Shown here: piece after piece, positions 17,751 to 28,566 of the stretch
Layout of the letters: each line of letters begins with the position of its first letter
Numbering within the stretch: the stretch's first letter is position 1
Assembly: GCA_023717565.1 (NCBI GenBank)
Contig: JAMQPI010000675.1
Span: forward strand, 658-64,657
Length of the DNA: 64,000 nt
Direction of reading: 5' to 3'
Origin: Pyrinomonadaceae bacterium
Lineage (GTDB): Bacteria > Acidobacteriota > Blastocatellia > Pyrinomonadales > Pyrinomonadaceae
Notes under the pieces: generated by a model
What the model saw: only the letters and a program-made list of their open reading frames with translations
The model's database searches: none
Told to the model about the DNA's origin: nothing
Made by a program: the position numbers and the translations under genes

Positions 17751-19172
17751 CTAGGCAGCAGGTGGCGCCAAAAGAGCCCTTCTGGTGTCTTCAGGTAACT
17801 CCGAAATCACCGCCCTAAACTTTCCGTTGGCAGTGCGTGGAACTTCGTCTACGCGCTCGAGCGTTACGTGTACGTTTCCCAAGTGAGAGCGCAGTCTTGC
17901 AATCAACGACTCCGCGGCTGCGTTCGTAAACTCAGTTGCCGGAACGTATTTGACACGGATGCGATCGAGCGATTCCTGAATAATCTGGGCTTCACGAATC
18001 GGTAAGTCGCTTTTGAACACTGGATCGAGTCGACCAATTCGCCGTCCGTCCTTCGTAAAGATCACGTCATCGAGTCTGCCATCTACTGACGCCAGCACCG
18101 GCAACATTCGGCCACAGGAGCACGGATCCGATTTCGGCGCTAGCGTTACGCGATCGCCAACTCTATATCGGATTAGCGGCATGTCCATATTAAGGAGACC
18201 GGTAGAAACCAACTCGCCTGCATTCCCGTTGGGCTTATGCGGGTCGTCGCTTACGATCTCTGTGTGGCCAACATCGGGCCACAGGTGCAACCGGCCGTTT
18301 TCGCATTCGCTGGCGGCGGCAGTGATCTCTGCCATGCCATAAGTTTCGCGAACAGAACATTGAAACGCTCGCTCGATCGCGGCCCGCTGGTAGCCGAAAA
18401 CTGGTTCCGCATTCGTGAGAGCAACCGTCATCTTTAGATCGTTCCTGCCCTGTCGCAACGCTTCCTGGGCAAGTTCGTAAAGCGAAGACGAGTATCCGTA
18501 CAGATAGGTGATACGATAGCGGCTAAGAGCGTCCAAATAATGCGGCAACAGATCAGGAGCCAGGTGATAAGACGACATGTAAAGCTGATTGAGCGCAGAG
18601 TTCCACACCCAGAACGGCGGTCGCCTCAACCGAACGGATGTAACCAACTGCCCGCCGAGGATCGCCCAACGCTCATGACGTGAGAGTCCATACCACCGTC
18701 GGCACCGGGCTTCAAATAACGCATACCATGCACGCTCAGTGCTTTTGCTCCTCCACAGATCCAACGACGTGCCGGTTGTGCCGCTAGTGTGCAGATGCTT
18801 CATTCGGCGAGGGTCAACGTCTTCGGCGATGAAAGCGCCGGGGTTCTCGCGCAGCGAATCCTTTTCCAAAATCGGCCAGTTCTCCAGCTGTTCCCAGGAT
18901 GACTGATCACCGCGACGTCGCCGTAGAGACCATAGGTCACGATAATAAGGAACTTTCGTCGCCGCCCGATTGAGTAGCAATCCGAGCTGCCGTTCTTGCC
19001 ATGTCTTCCACTGCTGAGCCTCCCAGTAATCGCGGTCGAGGGCCTCGGCGACTAATCCCTCGGTCTCTGGCCCATATCGCCAGGAACGCAGGGTGAGACC
19101 TCGCATGCTCGCGGCAGCAGAACGCACTGATGACGGCAAGCGATGATAAACCTCCATTAGAGCTTCACTCAT
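17751..19172 (-). CDS. CapK-like adenylate-forming enzyme (phenylacetate-CoA ligase family)
   Basis: VPYY, HTSGTTG, YGMAE, PLIRYRVGD, GRLDD, NGKFR. Confidence 0.85.
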   Translation of the reverse strand: MSEALMEVYHRLPSSVRSAAASMRGLTLRSWRYGPETEGLVAEALDRDYWEAQQWKTWQERQLGLLLNRAATKVPYYRDLWSLRRRRGDQSSWEQLENWPILEKDSLRENPGAFIAEDVDPRRMKHLHTSGTTGTSLDLWRSKSTERAWYALFEARCRRWYGLSRHERWAILGGQLVTSVRLRRPPFWVWNSALNQLYMSSYHLAPDLLPHYLDALSRYRITYLYGYSSSLYELAQEALRQGRNDLKMTVALTNAEPVFGYQRAAIERAFQCSVRETYGMAEITAAASECENGRLHLWPDVGHTEIVSDDPHKPNGNAGELVSTGLLNMDMPLIRYRVGDRVTLAPKSDPCSCGRMLPVLASVDGRLDDVIFTKDGRRIGRLDPVFKSDLPIREAQIIQESLDRIRVKYVPATEFTNAAAESLIARLRSHLGNVHVTLERVDEVPRTANGKFRAVISELPEDTRRALLAPPAA

Positions 19173-19181
19173 GGCGTCTAA

Positions 19182-21074
19182 TCAGGCGACCCGACCAAGT
19201 GTGGCGACAGATTGAGATGCCCTTTCAGATGAACCCTGGAAGCACGCTTGATACCAAATTGCGATCAACGCCAACTGCCTAACCAGTTCGCCGTTTCTGT
19301 TGTTCCCAGCGAGAAAACTCTCGATCGCTTTCCTTAACAAGCTTCGCTCAAAGGGACCGTGCCGGATAGGATCGAGATCGGGCAGGTCGTGTACCAGACT
19401 CCGTAACTCCGGAACCTGGCGCAGGTAGAGATTCCAAGGTACGGCAAAACCCCATTTTTGGTGATTGAGAACATTGTCAGGCAACCTGTCGCCGACGGCC
19501 TGTCGTAAGAGGTGTTTGCTCTGGCGACCCGCGAATAGTGTCGATGTCGGTAGCGATGCCAGACCCTCAACCAATCGATAATCAAGGAAGGGTACGCGGC
19601 ACTCGATCGAGGCGCCCATTGTCATGCGATCGTTCCGATCCAGAATCGAGCAAAGAAACGTGTGCTGGTCGTAGTACATTACTTGACGCACGGGATCTCC
19701 AGGATATGTCTCGCGAGCCTCTGAGAATACCTGTTGGCGATAAGGTAAAGACAACGTCGTGTCCATCCCGAGCGCTGCAAGATCGTCAGGCAATACCTCG
19801 CAGGAATTGAATAAGACAAAAAGATCAGTTGATCCAAGATTGAGGAAACGTCCCAGTTTTCCCAATCGTCCGTTAACACCTAACCGTGGAAGCAGACGTG
19901 GCAGAACGGGTCGTGCGGCATCTAGCAGAGCTGGATATCTCAGTGGTCGGTAGCGAACGTAACCACCCAGCGTCTCGTCGCCTCCCTCCCCCGACAGCAG
20001 AACCGTTACCGATGATTTGGCATACTCCGAGATTGCCCAGAGGTGCAGATCGTTGCCGTGTACCAGCGGCTCGTCGTTTAGCCGCGACGCATTTTGCAAA
20101 CGATCGAGCAAATCCCCGGGTGAAACAAAGAGTTCATGATGGTCCATCCGCCATCGATCAGCTACCTCTTGTGCAAGCGAACCTTCATCGTAGCGAGGCT
20201 CACGGAAGCGGACTGTGTAACTTGAGACGCCGGCTCCAGTTTTCAAGGCCAAAGACGCCGCGACACTGCCAGAATCGAGTCCTCCGCTTAACAAGACACC
20301 GACAGGGACGTCGGCAATTCGTCGGGCATTTACAGCGTCATCGAAGGTCTCCCGAAACCAATTAACCGCGTCTTGTGGTGGCTCGATCTCTCGAGCTCGT
20401 TCCCCAAGATTCCACCAACGTCGTGTCTGCGTCAGATTTTCCTTCCACAGTAGATAGCGTCCCGGCAGGACTCTCTTCACACCGGTATAGGGTGTTCGCT
20501 CGCCTGCCACGTATCGGAAGTAGAGCAACTCCTCCCAGGTCTCCGGATCGAATTGCTTCCTGACACCGGCAGCAAATAGTGATTTTGCCTCTGAAGCAAA
20601 GTAGAGCGCGCCGTCTTGTTCAGCGTAATAAAGCGGCTTGACTCCCATGCGGTCTCGCGCCAGGAAAAGGGTTTGTTCCCGGTCATCCCAAATGGCAATA
20701 GCGAACATGCCGTTTAGCCGTTGCAGCATGTCTGGACCATGCTCGACGTACAGCTTGAGAACAACCTCGGTGTCCGAGTCCGAGCGAAAGCAGTGGCCCC
20801 GTGTTTCGAGATCTCGTCTCAATTCCCTGAAGTTATAAACCTCGCCGTTGTACGTGATCGCGTAGCGGCCATCCTCAGTGATCATTGGCATGTGACCACG
20901 CTCTGAAAGATCCAGTATCGAAAGGCGCCTCGAACCGAAGGACATTCCCGGACGTCTGCAATGACCGGAATCGTCTGGCCCGCGATGGGCCTGTAAGTCG
21001 CGCATGACGATTAGTACGGCCTCGTCAATTGGGTAGGTTCCTGGAGCGGAAACTACACCACAAATGCCACACAT
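19182..21074 (-). CDS. asnB: AsnB-family glutamine amidotransferase (polysaccharide amidation)
   Basis: MCGICG, HRGPD, YNGEVYN, LSGGLDS, SGEGGDE, RVPFLD. Confidence 0.9.
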   Translation of the reverse strand: MCGICGVVSAPGTYPIDEAVLIVMRDLQAHRGPDDSGHCRRPGMSFGSRRLSILDLSERGHMPMITEDGRYAITYNGEVYNFRELRRDLETRGHCFRSDSDTEVVLKLYVEHGPDMLQRLNGMFAIAIWDDREQTLFLARDRMGVKPLYYAEQDGALYFASEAKSLFAAGVRKQFDPETWEELLYFRYVAGERTPYTGVKRVLPGRYLLWKENLTQTRRWWNLGERAREIEPPQDAVNWFRETFDDAVNARRIADVPVGVLLSGGLDSGSVAASLALKTGAGVSSYTVRFREPRYDEGSLAQEVADRWRMDHHELFVSPGDLLDRLQNASRLNDEPLVHGNDLHLWAISEYAKSSVTVLLSGEGGDETLGGYVRYRPLRYPALLDAARPVLPRLLPRLGVNGRLGKLGRFLNLGSTDLFVLFNSCEVLPDDLAALGMDTTLSLPYRQQVFSEARETYPGDPVRQVMYYDQHTFLCSILDRNDRMTMGASIECRVPFLDYRLVEGLASLPTSTLFAGRQSKHLLRQAVGDRLPDNVLNHQKWGFAVPWNLYLRQVPELRSLVHDLPDLDPIRHGPFERSLLRKAIESFLAGNNRNGELVRQLALIAIWYQACFQGSSERASQSVATLGRVA

Positions 21075-22331
21075 TCAGAGAACCTCCGTGCTGGTCTGCC
21101 GCTGGCCGTTGGACAGGTAAGCGTCATTGCTGACAACGCCAGGCGAATGCATAACTCCATTAGTTCGCCGACTCGCCATCAGGTCATCAAACAACTGATC
21201 CCATTGAGGACGTACTTGTTCCCACGAAAATCGCCGCGCAAGTTGCCTTCCGCTTCTGGAAAGTGACTCCGCCAGTTCCGAATGCTTGACCAACTCCTTG
21301 ATCGCTTGAGCCATGGCCCGGTCATCATCGTCCGGCACAAGCAGACCGGTTTTGCAATGAGTTAGCAGATCGGGAACTCCTCCAACGTTAGTGCTAACCA
21401 CCGGCAAACCCATTGCCGATGCTTCGAGCACTGCAATTGGAGTGTTATCAATTCGATTTGTATTGATATAGACATCGGCTGCTTCAAATTCGCGAATCTT
21501 CGCATCCATACATAGAAAGCCAGGGAACCGGACATGTCCTGCCAGTCCCAGGTTTGTCGCGAAGTCCTTTACTTCATTCTCCATACCCTTATCTGGGCCG
21601 GCCATCACCAGCGTGGCGGTCGGAAAATCTTCGAGGACGCGAGCCAACACGCGGACAGCCATGCGCGGATTCCATGTCTCATGAAAACTGCGCATCCAGA
21701 ACAACCTTGGACCGACACCTTTACGATGCCGAAATGGGTACGCCGGCAATTCGATCACGTTAGGAATGACCTGCGAATGAAACCCCAACTTCTTGGTTGA
21801 GCGGCCGAGAAACTCCGTGGGAGTGACGAGGACATCTGCGCGAGAAAGCACACGACGAGCCCACTTGAAGTATCGATCCATGAATTCCGGTAGCGCTCCG
21901 CCATGCAGCCACATCACTAGGGGAATGTTGAAGCGGGAGCTTAGCCAGCTGGCAGCGTCTTCGACAACAAAACTCGGCCCGCCATACACTTCAAGGATCA
22001 CCATATCGATGTGATGACGTTGACGTGCAATAGTCGTCAGGATGTCGACCATTCGGCGATAGCGGTTAAGGTATGCTGATGCCGACGTAACGGAGTAGTG
22101 CTCTCGTTCGAATAAATCGCATAACACCTGTCCCTGTTGTGTAATATGACCGGGGTTCCGACCCACCATTGATCCAACAAAACAAAGACGCGGGCTGGTG
22201 GCAGGCAACTGGACTTCTTGCGACCATTCCGGCTGGCCGACGTTCTGACGGCAGGAGCCAGTGGACTTCGCACCAGTCACACGAGGCCCGTCGTCAGTCA
22301 TGATCTGTCTCGGTTGAATGTTCGAACTCAT
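21075..22331 (-). CDS. Glycosyltransferase family 4
   Basis: WLHGG, IPNVI, DNTPIAVLEASAMGLPVVSTNVGGVP. Confidence 0.88.
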   Translation of the reverse strand: MSSNIQPRQIMTDDGPRVTGAKSTGSCRQNVGQPEWSQEVQLPATSPRLCFVGSMVGRNPGHITQQGQVLCDLFEREHYSVTSASAYLNRYRRMVDILTTIARQRHHIDMVILEVYGGPSFVVEDAASWLSSRFNIPLVMWLHGGALPEFMDRYFKWARRVLSRADVLVTPTEFLGRSTKKLGFHSQVIPNVIELPAYPFRHRKGVGPRLFWMRSFHETWNPRMAVRVLARVLEDFPTATLVMAGPDKGMENEVKDFATNLGLAGHVRFPGFLCMDAKIREFEAADVYINTNRIDNTPIAVLEASAMGLPVVSTNVGGVPDLLTHCKTGLLVPDDDDRAMAQAIKELVKHSELAESLSRSGRQLARRFSWEQVRPQWDQLFDDLMASRRTNGVMHSPGVVSNDAYLSNGQRQTSTEVL

Positions 22332-23791
22332 TTGGAAGGTATGCCAAGATCCGAACTGACCACGCCTCGTCGCGCCAATCTCAACATGCTTCGACGGTTA
22401 GTCGTGGTAAGTGCGCGAGGGTTCCCCGCAGATTGAGATCGACTCTCTTGATCAGAAACAACTGTGGCAAAAGATAGTCCGAAGGCAAAGGAAGGCACAG
22501 CTAACCGCATGGCTTTATCGAGCATAAATAACAAACTGAAGCTTGCCATCGAACCAGCTAAAGCCTTGCCTTGGCTTCCGCGAGCGCGTCTTACTGATTG
22601 CACTGCTGAGAACACCAGAATACCAAGCGCTGTTAGACCGAAAATGCCATGCTCCGCAAGAAGTCTGGTGAGTTCCGTGTGCGGCATGCGCCGGTGCAGT
22701 GCAGCCATTGCGGGACCTACACCAAGGATTGGATTCTCCTGCCACAGTAAGAGATCAGACCGAATTATCGTGTCGCGGTTTGCAACATTTACGTTCTTGA
22801 AGCGGGTTGAGAGTGCGCCACCTGTGAAATTCTCCAAATGAGGTAGCACCACAAAGAACGCAACCAAAAGGATTGCACCGACCGCGATGATTACCCGACC
22901 ACGTGACCGGCGATCTCGTAGCAAATAAAAACTAGCCAGGACAGTGGAGCCGGCCGCGTTATACAGACCACCGCGGGAAAAGGTTAGCGCGGCTTGAATA
23001 CTCAAAAATCCAAGCACCGCGAAGATCATGATCCTGTTAATCCAGCCCGCTTTGTTTGTTAGCAGCCAAAGAAACGCAAACACCACTCCCATACCCAGAG
23101 CTCCCGCTACTTGGTTGGGACCAAAGCCGCCGCTAGTGGCGAAGTTCGACTCGTCGGTGAACTTCAGATCGGTCTGGGTGAGAGTAGTTGACAGTGCAAC
23201 TGTGGCCACGCTCAAGGTTGGGCAAAGTAGCGACAAGAATATGCGCTGCAACTGATTTGTTGACAGTTTCAACTGGGCGAAGAAACACCAGGCCGCCGCC
23301 AGAGCCAGGGGGCCAGACAGATAGAAACTCAACGCCTTCTGCAGCTCCGGTGAGTTGCCCAGTGCCAATATAGTCAGCACCGTTGATGGCATCAGCAGCC
23401 CAAAATACACAAGCGGCATCTTGGCTAATCTGCGACGACGACTAAGCAAAAGAAAGAGTATGAAGATTCCGGAGGTAGCGTATTTTCCAAATTCCCAGAA
23501 GACCTGCGATTTCGTCATCCTCCACAAGACTTCAGCACCGACTATGTAGGCGGCAGCATAAGCTACCCGCTGGGGTTGGTTCCGAGCCGCCCAGTAGATA
23601 CCCAATGAAACCAAAATCAGGCCGTGGACTGTCGAGACTACAGGGAGCTTGTGTATGACTAGCGCCAAAGGGATATGGAGCGCCAATAAAGTGAAGGCAA
23701 ACCAGTCCAAGTCTCGGACAGAAGCCCGTCGAGAAATGCGGCCCGCTCGCCTTGGCGCGAGGGTCAATTGAGTCGAAACAACGCTACTCAT
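22328..23791 (-). CDS. O-antigen ligase / Wzy polymerase family membrane protein
   Basis: Many TM helices; GGFGPNQ, LTFSRGG, NPILGVG, PHTE..RLLAEHG. Confidence 0.8.
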   Translation of the reverse strand: MSSVVSTQLTLAPRRAGRISRRASVRDLDWFAFTLLALHIPLALVIHKLPVVSTVHGLILVSLGIYWAARNQPQRVAYAAAYIVGAEVLWRMTKSQVFWEFGKYATSGIFILFLLLSRRRRLAKMPLVYFGLLMPSTVLTILALGNSPELQKALSFYLSGPLALAAAWCFFAQLKLSTNQLQRIFLSLLCPTLSVATVALSTTLTQTDLKFTDESNFATSGGFGPNQVAGALGMGVVFAFLWLLTNKAGWINRIMIFAVLGFLSIQAALTFSRGGLYNAAGSTVLASFYLLRDRRSRGRVIIAVGAILLVAFFVVLPHLENFTGGALSTRFKNVNVANRDTIIRSDLLLWQENPILGVGPAMAALHRRMPHTELTRLLAEHGIFGLTALGILVFSAVQSVRRARGSQGKALAGSMASFSLLFMLDKAMRLAVPSFAFGLSFATVVSDQESRSQSAGNPRALTTTNRRSMLRLARRGVVSSDLGIPSK

Positions 23792-24914
23792 GCTTGAGAA
23801 ACCGCCCGTAAAGTGCCATCAGCTGTTCCCTCAGTGCTTTGGGAGAATGGAAGCGGGCGACGTACTCTTGTCCTTTGTGGCCCAGCGCGGCTCTGAGACT
23901 GCGGTCATCGATCATCCTAAGGGTGGCTCGTGTCAGACCATCGGCGTCATTAGCTTCGACCATCAGGCCTCTATCTTGTCCAACGATTTCCGGAACTCCG
24001 CCCACGCGAGTAACCACCGCGGGCAGACCGCAGGCCATGGCCTCGAGCAGAACATTTGGCGTTCCCTCCCAGTCCGAGGTGAGCATCAGAAAATCGGACT
24101 TGTAATAGAAAGGCTGGACGTCTTTGAGCTCGCCCAAAAACTCGACATGGTCTCGGCCCAGGCCCAGTTGCGCTGCAAGTCGCTCTAAGTCTTTCCTTAG
24201 GGGACCGTCTCCCGCGATTCTCGCGGTGAGTGTCAGGTCGGGGCGCTCCTTAACAATCATTCGAAGCGTTCGCAGGAAGCGATCCGCTCTCTTTTCTTCT
24301 GTTAAGCGGCCAGCAAAGAGAATCCGCACAGCGCCAGCACCATTCCCGTTGCCATTACCACTGTACCCGTTCTTAGGTGTGTTGAGTTTCTTGCTGACTC
24401 CCTTTAGACTCACGACATTAGGCACAACGTCGATCTGATCAGGATGAATTCCTTTGTCTAGCGCTCTTCGGCGCGCCAGTTTGGAGTTGGTGATTAACAG
24501 TCCTGGCAAGTGAAGTTGGCCCCACCCCATAATTCCGCTGCATTTGAGTTCGCTCGTCAGGTCGCTCCTGATAGCGCCGATGGACCTGATACCAAGCAAC
24601 CGACCCGCAACCGCTGCATACAAGTTTGTGTAGAAGTGAGCACTCTGAACGATGTTCGCGGGTTGATGGCGCAGCTCTTGAAGGATGCGGAAAAGCCTGA
24701 TGGGTCTCCAGCGCGATTCACCGACCCAGACCACCGAAACTCCGATCGCGCGTATCTCTTCCTCTAACGCCTCTCCCTTTGTCAGACAGAGCACGCGAGT
24801 ATTGACTCCCTCACTCTTTAGCGCCGTAAGCATGTAAATCAGCTGCCGCTCGGCGCCACCCCGGGCAAGAGTCCCCGCGATAAAGCAAACCTTCAAATCT
24901 TTGAGATCAACCAT
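23784..24914 (-). CDS. Glycosyltransferase family 4
   Basis: GGAERQL, FAGRL, EGTPNVLLEAMACGLP. Start moved to ATG 24914 to avoid a long overlap. Confidence 0.88.
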   Translation of the reverse strand: MVDLKDLKVCFIAGTLARGGAERQLIYMLTALKSEGVNTRVLCLTKGEALEEEIRAIGVSVVWVGESRWRPIRLFRILQELRHQPANIVQSAHFYTNLYAAVAGRLLGIRSIGAIRSDLTSELKCSGIMGWGQLHLPGLLITNSKLARRRALDKGIHPDQIDVVPNVVSLKGVSKKLNTPKNGYSGNGNGNGAGAVRILFAGRLTEEKRADRFLRTLRMIVKERPDLTLTARIAGDGPLRKDLERLAAQLGLGRDHVEFLGELKDVQPFYYKSDFLMLTSDWEGTPNVLLEAMACGLPAVVTRVGGVPEIVGQDRGLMVEANDADGLTRATLRMIDDRSLRAALGHKGQEYVARFHSPKALREQLMALYGRFLKHE

Positions 24915-26097
24915 CGGCTCGCAGTAGCTCCCATTCCCTGCGCGCCAACTCACCCCAGGCGGAGCGAAGTTGCTCAGCAATCGTGTCGCGCCAACGTTCG
25001 AGCGAAAACCGCCTGGCAGTTTCCAGAGCCATTGCCGACATAGAGGTGTAGCGATCACTGTTCGAAAGAATTCGGACAATGGATTCAGCTACAGCTTCTG
25101 GAGTAGCCGTGTCGAGTAATTCACCACCGCCGCCTCCGATTAGTTCGGGCAAGACAGACACGCGCGTTGTGATCACCGGAAGACCGCACGCCAAAGCTTC
25201 GAGCACCACCTTAGGGAATCCCTCCGAGGCAGTTGTTGGATAACAGAAAAGGTCAGCCTGTTTAAGCAGGTTGACGACGGCGACATGGTCCAGCTTTCCG
25301 TGAAATTCGACGCGGTCGCTTACGCCAAGGCTTGCCGCCAGACTGCGGAACTCCACCAACGAAGCCCCGTCACCAACAACATCCAAGCTGACCTTAGGAT
25401 GATTCTTCAGAATTAGTGGTAAGGATTGAATAACAACGCCAGTTCCTTTCTCGCGATCCTGACGACAAACGATGATTAGTCTCCCCCGAGGGGAGGAATG
25501 TAATTCGCGAGCCGCGGCGCAAGTTCGTAATTCGTCTTCTGTGAGCGTCGTGGAGAATATCCAGCGTATTGCCGAGTTTTTTCGGGATGGTGGCTGCGGT
25601 GACCCTCCCGTCGCTAGCATCACCTGCTTGCCGCCAGCGAACATTTCCATAAACGCCTTCCAAAAATGTTCTGCTTTGGTAACCGGCTTTAGCCAGTTAC
25701 CGCAGTGGCGCACGAAAAGCCGCTTTCTCAGAACAAAGGCCAACAGCATCCCGATAGTCCCGATATCACCAGGAATCGGGGCATGGACGGCGTCAGCTTT
25801 CCACAGCTCTCTCAAGATGAGCGGGAAGTTTCCTATTAGCCAGAACAATAGTCCGAGCTTTCTTGTCAGGCCTCGTCCCCTGGGCATGCCTAAGCGCGCG
25901 ATCGAAAGATTGTGACCCTCGAGTTGGATTTCTCCGTTTCGCTTCTCTGGATCAGCACAGGGAACCAACAAGGTGGTCGAGTCAAAAAGCTCCGAGAGTG
26001 CGCGCATCTGAAACGGAAACCCGCCGTCCGTGGCATAACCCGAAGGTGAATCTGCCGAGGACCAACACGGCTTATGTGAAATAACTACCAGGCGCAT
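24907..26097 (-). CDS. Glycosyltransferase family 4
   Basis: EKG, VVGDG, SEGFPKVVLEALACGLPV. Confidence 0.87.
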   Translation of the reverse strand: MRLVVISHKPCWSSADSPSGYATDGGFPFQMRALSELFDSTTLLVPCADPEKRNGEIQLEGHNLSIARLGMPRGRGLTRKLGLLFWLIGNFPLILRELWKADAVHAPIPGDIGTIGMLLAFVLRKRLFVRHCGNWLKPVTKAEHFWKAFMEMFAGGKQVMLATGGSPQPPSRKNSAIRWIFSTTLTEDELRTCAAARELHSSPRGRLIIVCRQDREKGTGVVIQSLPLILKNHPKVSLDVVGDGASLVEFRSLAASLGVSDRVEFHGKLDHVAVVNLLKQADLFCYPTTASEGFPKVVLEALACGLPVITTRVSVLPELIGGGGGELLDTATPEAVAESIVRILSNSDRYTSMSAMALETARRFSLERWRDTIAEQLRSAWGELARREWELLRADG

Positions 26098-26104
26098 GGA
26101 GTTG

Positions 26105-27049
26105 CTAAAGGCTAAAGGCTGTACCCCTCATGACGGACCAAAATCCTTCCAATCGTCCTAACAACTCCGAGGCATCGCTCGTCCTGCGCCGACGAATTGC
26201 GGAAGTGCCAACGCGAATAAGTTCAAGACCCTGGTACCGCCAGAAACGCGCTTTATGACTCCACGTCAGTGGGCCTACTATGTCTTGGAATACATAGTAA
26301 TAATTGACCACACACTTGTAGCCAATCTTCCTTCGATCGACGCGACCATTGGGTGAGTTAAGTTCGCTGCAATGAGCGTCCCCACATTGGACGAGTTGCC
26401 ATCTCTTCCCAGCGCGAAGCGAAAGGTGAGCATCCTCAAGCACGCCATAATCACGAAAGAAAGGATCAAATCTGAGTCCAGAATCAAAAACCTCTCGTCG
26501 CCAAACCGCGCAAGCCGTGGTCATGAAGTCAACCTCACGAACACCACTAAAAGGAGGCTGCATGTTGGCATTGATCGGATATCCAGTACGAAAGTCATAT
26601 CGACCCGGCTCAAATGTCGTTAGCATTCGCAGCCGGCGATACCATCGCCATCGTTGAGCGAAGGCTCGATCGAAATGCTGATTAGTACGGTAGCCCACGA
26701 CGCCACCTAGTTTGTGTTCACTGTCTCGCCCAAAGACACTCAGGCTCGCCTCGAAGAAATCGGATTCCAATCTGACATCGTCATCAATCAGGGCGACGAA
26801 AGAACCTCGGGCCCGATCTATGCCTTCGTTCCGTTGAATGGCTGTCCCACCAGAATGCCTCACATAGACACAGTGAAAAGGCAGGTCCCGGGTCATTGAG
26901 CGAACTGTTTCCTCTGTCTCCCGCTCCGACTCAGGGGATCCGTCCACTAAGATGACCTCGGACGGCAGCAATGTCTGCCGAGACAGATTCTCTAGTAGAC
27001 CGGCAACCTCGTGCGACCGGCGAAACGTGGGAGTCACAACTGAAATCAT
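26105..27049 (-). CDS. Glycosyltransferase family 2
   Basis: ISVVTPT, EVILVD, RNEG, LIDDD, LEDAHL. Confidence 0.87.
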   Translation of the reverse strand: MISVVTPTFRRSHEVAGLLENLSRQTLLPSEVILVDGSPESERETEETVRSMTRDLPFHCVYVRHSGGTAIQRNEGIDRARGSFVALIDDDVRLESDFFEASLSVFGRDSEHKLGGVVGYRTNQHFDRAFAQRWRWYRRLRMLTTFEPGRYDFRTGYPINANMQPPFSGVREVDFMTTACAVWRREVFDSGLRFDPFFRDYGVLEDAHLSLRAGKRWQLVQCGDAHCSELNSPNGRVDRRKIGYKCVVNYYYVFQDIVGPLTWSHKARFWRYQGLELIRVGTSAIRRRRTSDASELLGRLEGFWSVMRGTAFSL

Positions 27050-28566
27050 GCGGTGCTGAATTCCACTTTCTGATTCGGCTGACGTAGTGAGTTACCGATT
27101 GCTGCAAGTCTGATCAGTCGATCGGCAACGCGAAGGCCTGAATACCCATCAAGAGTGTCGCCAAACATGCTCCTAATCAGGCTCTGTCGCTCCAAACGTC
27201 CCGCATCTGGCTCAACCAAAGCACGTCGCAACATCATTTGAAGTTCGGACTCCGAGCGAGCAACACTCACTGCTCCGCTAGCGACCACCTTCCGGTAGTG
27301 ATCGAATTTATAGTAACGACTGTAGTCGAGTTCCTTGATGTCCACGCCAGCAGGGTTGTACCCAACATTAATGACTGGCTTATCGAACATGCAGAGCTCG
27401 AGCGATACCGTAGAGGCGACGTTGATCCCGGCTGCGGCGTGCCTCAACATGTTTGTCAGCAGAGGTGAATCTTCCGGTCGGGGCGTTTGCCAGTTTGGCT
27501 CCCAAGGTATTCTGGGAAAGAGGACATCGGGATTCGACCGCCTAACCTGTTCAAAGCGACCTGTCTGATCTTTTGGATAAACTCGTACCATGAGCTGAGG
27601 CGAACCCAGGTCGGTCATTCCTCTCAGCATCGCAGCAATCGTTTCGACAATCTGGGGCTCACCCGGCATGTGGTTGGCCATACCCGTACTGTAAAGAACA
27701 ATCGGCCGGGTGGCGTCGGCACCCACACGAGCACAGAATTCTTCGCGCGACCATTGAAGCTCGGGCCGAAAATGAAAGTCGAACTGAGGTGTGCCGGTAA
27801 CGAATACCTGGTCGGGCCGAATGGTGTCGTAGATCTCAAGCAGTTGGTCTCTCAGTGCTTCATTCCAGACTAGATAATAATCGTAGGGCGCCATGATCCG
27901 ACCCTGAGAAGTTAGATTGTCCCAGGAGAAAACGAACGCGGCAGTAGGAATCTTGAGCCACTGGGCTGCCTGCACCGCCTGCATCGCTACACGGCTGTGG
28001 ATATGAGACCCATTGAAAACCAGAGAGGGGTTCAACTCACGAAACAGCTTGACGTAAGACTCAGTAGTCCGAAATCGTTGACTGGCTACGCGCTCGCATT
28101 TAGACAACAACCGTAACCCCGAGCGGCTGACAAACGGATAGCACGCCAGTTTTTTTATCAGGCGGCGTGCGCGCCGGCGTTCGACGATTGCCTCAGCGTC
28201 TCGCAGTCGCCAACGCTCTTGCGCAGCCTCGGACCACAGCCAACGCCCGTGGGCTAGATCCAATAACTCGCGCAGGGTGTTGACTATTCGCCGCTCCTCA
28301 ATTTCTGGCAGTGGGAATATGTTGTCTGAGCACTCACGCAATAGATCTTCAAACTCTTCACCCGGCAGGACCGAAAGCACGCTGAGTTCGACGTCGCGGG
28401 ACACCTCCTCGAGAGTTCCCGAATAAACAAAGTTACGGATTGCCTCTCCCCGCGGCAGGATGGTCACTAGATGGGGACCGCTCTCTTTCGTAGCCCTTTT
28501 GGTTCTGGCGCTAGTAGTTCGCGGTAACCCCAAAAACAACTCCAGTTCACGAATTTCTGTTGTCAT
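27046..28566 (-). CDS. GT-B fold transferase (CDP-glycerol glycerophosphotransferase-like; candidate nonulosonate transferase), paralog 1
   Basis: FSWDNL, YLVW, VTGTPQFD, STVSLE..FDKPVIN; ATGA overlap at 28563-28566. Confidence 0.6.
   Translation of the reverse strand: MTTEIRELELFLGLPRTTSARTKRATKESGPHLVTILPRGEAIRNFVYSGTLEEVSRDVELSVLSVLPGEEFEDLLRECSDNIFPLPEIEERRIVNTLRELLDLAHGRWLWSEAAQERWRLRDAEAIVERRRARRLIKKLACYPFVSRSGLRLLSKCERVASQRFRTTESYVKLFRELNPSLVFNGSHIHSRVAMQAVQAAQWLKIPTAAFVFSWDNLTSQGRIMAPYDYYLVWNEALRDQLLEIYDTIRPDQVFVTGTPQFDFHFRPELQWSREEFCARVGADATRPIVLYSTGMANHMPGEPQIVETIAAMLRGMTDLGSPQLMVRVYPKDQTGRFEQVRRSNPDVLFPRIPWEPNWQTPRPEDSPLLTNMLRHAAAGINVASTVSLELCMFDKPVINVGYNPAGVDIKELDYSRYYKFDHYRKVVASGAVSVARSESELQMMLRRALVEPDAGRLERQSLIRSMFGDTLDGYSGLRVADRLIRLAAIGNSLRQPNQKVEFSTA

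Noticed and set aside
17751..19172. Phenylacetate catabolism (paaK)
   Set aside because: No other paa genes; context fits CapK-like capsule enzymes.
19182..21074. AsnB copies (also 51023-52759) as extra lasso cyclases
   Set aside because: Both keep the N-terminal Cys glutaminase motif and have no adjacent B1/B2 or precursor.
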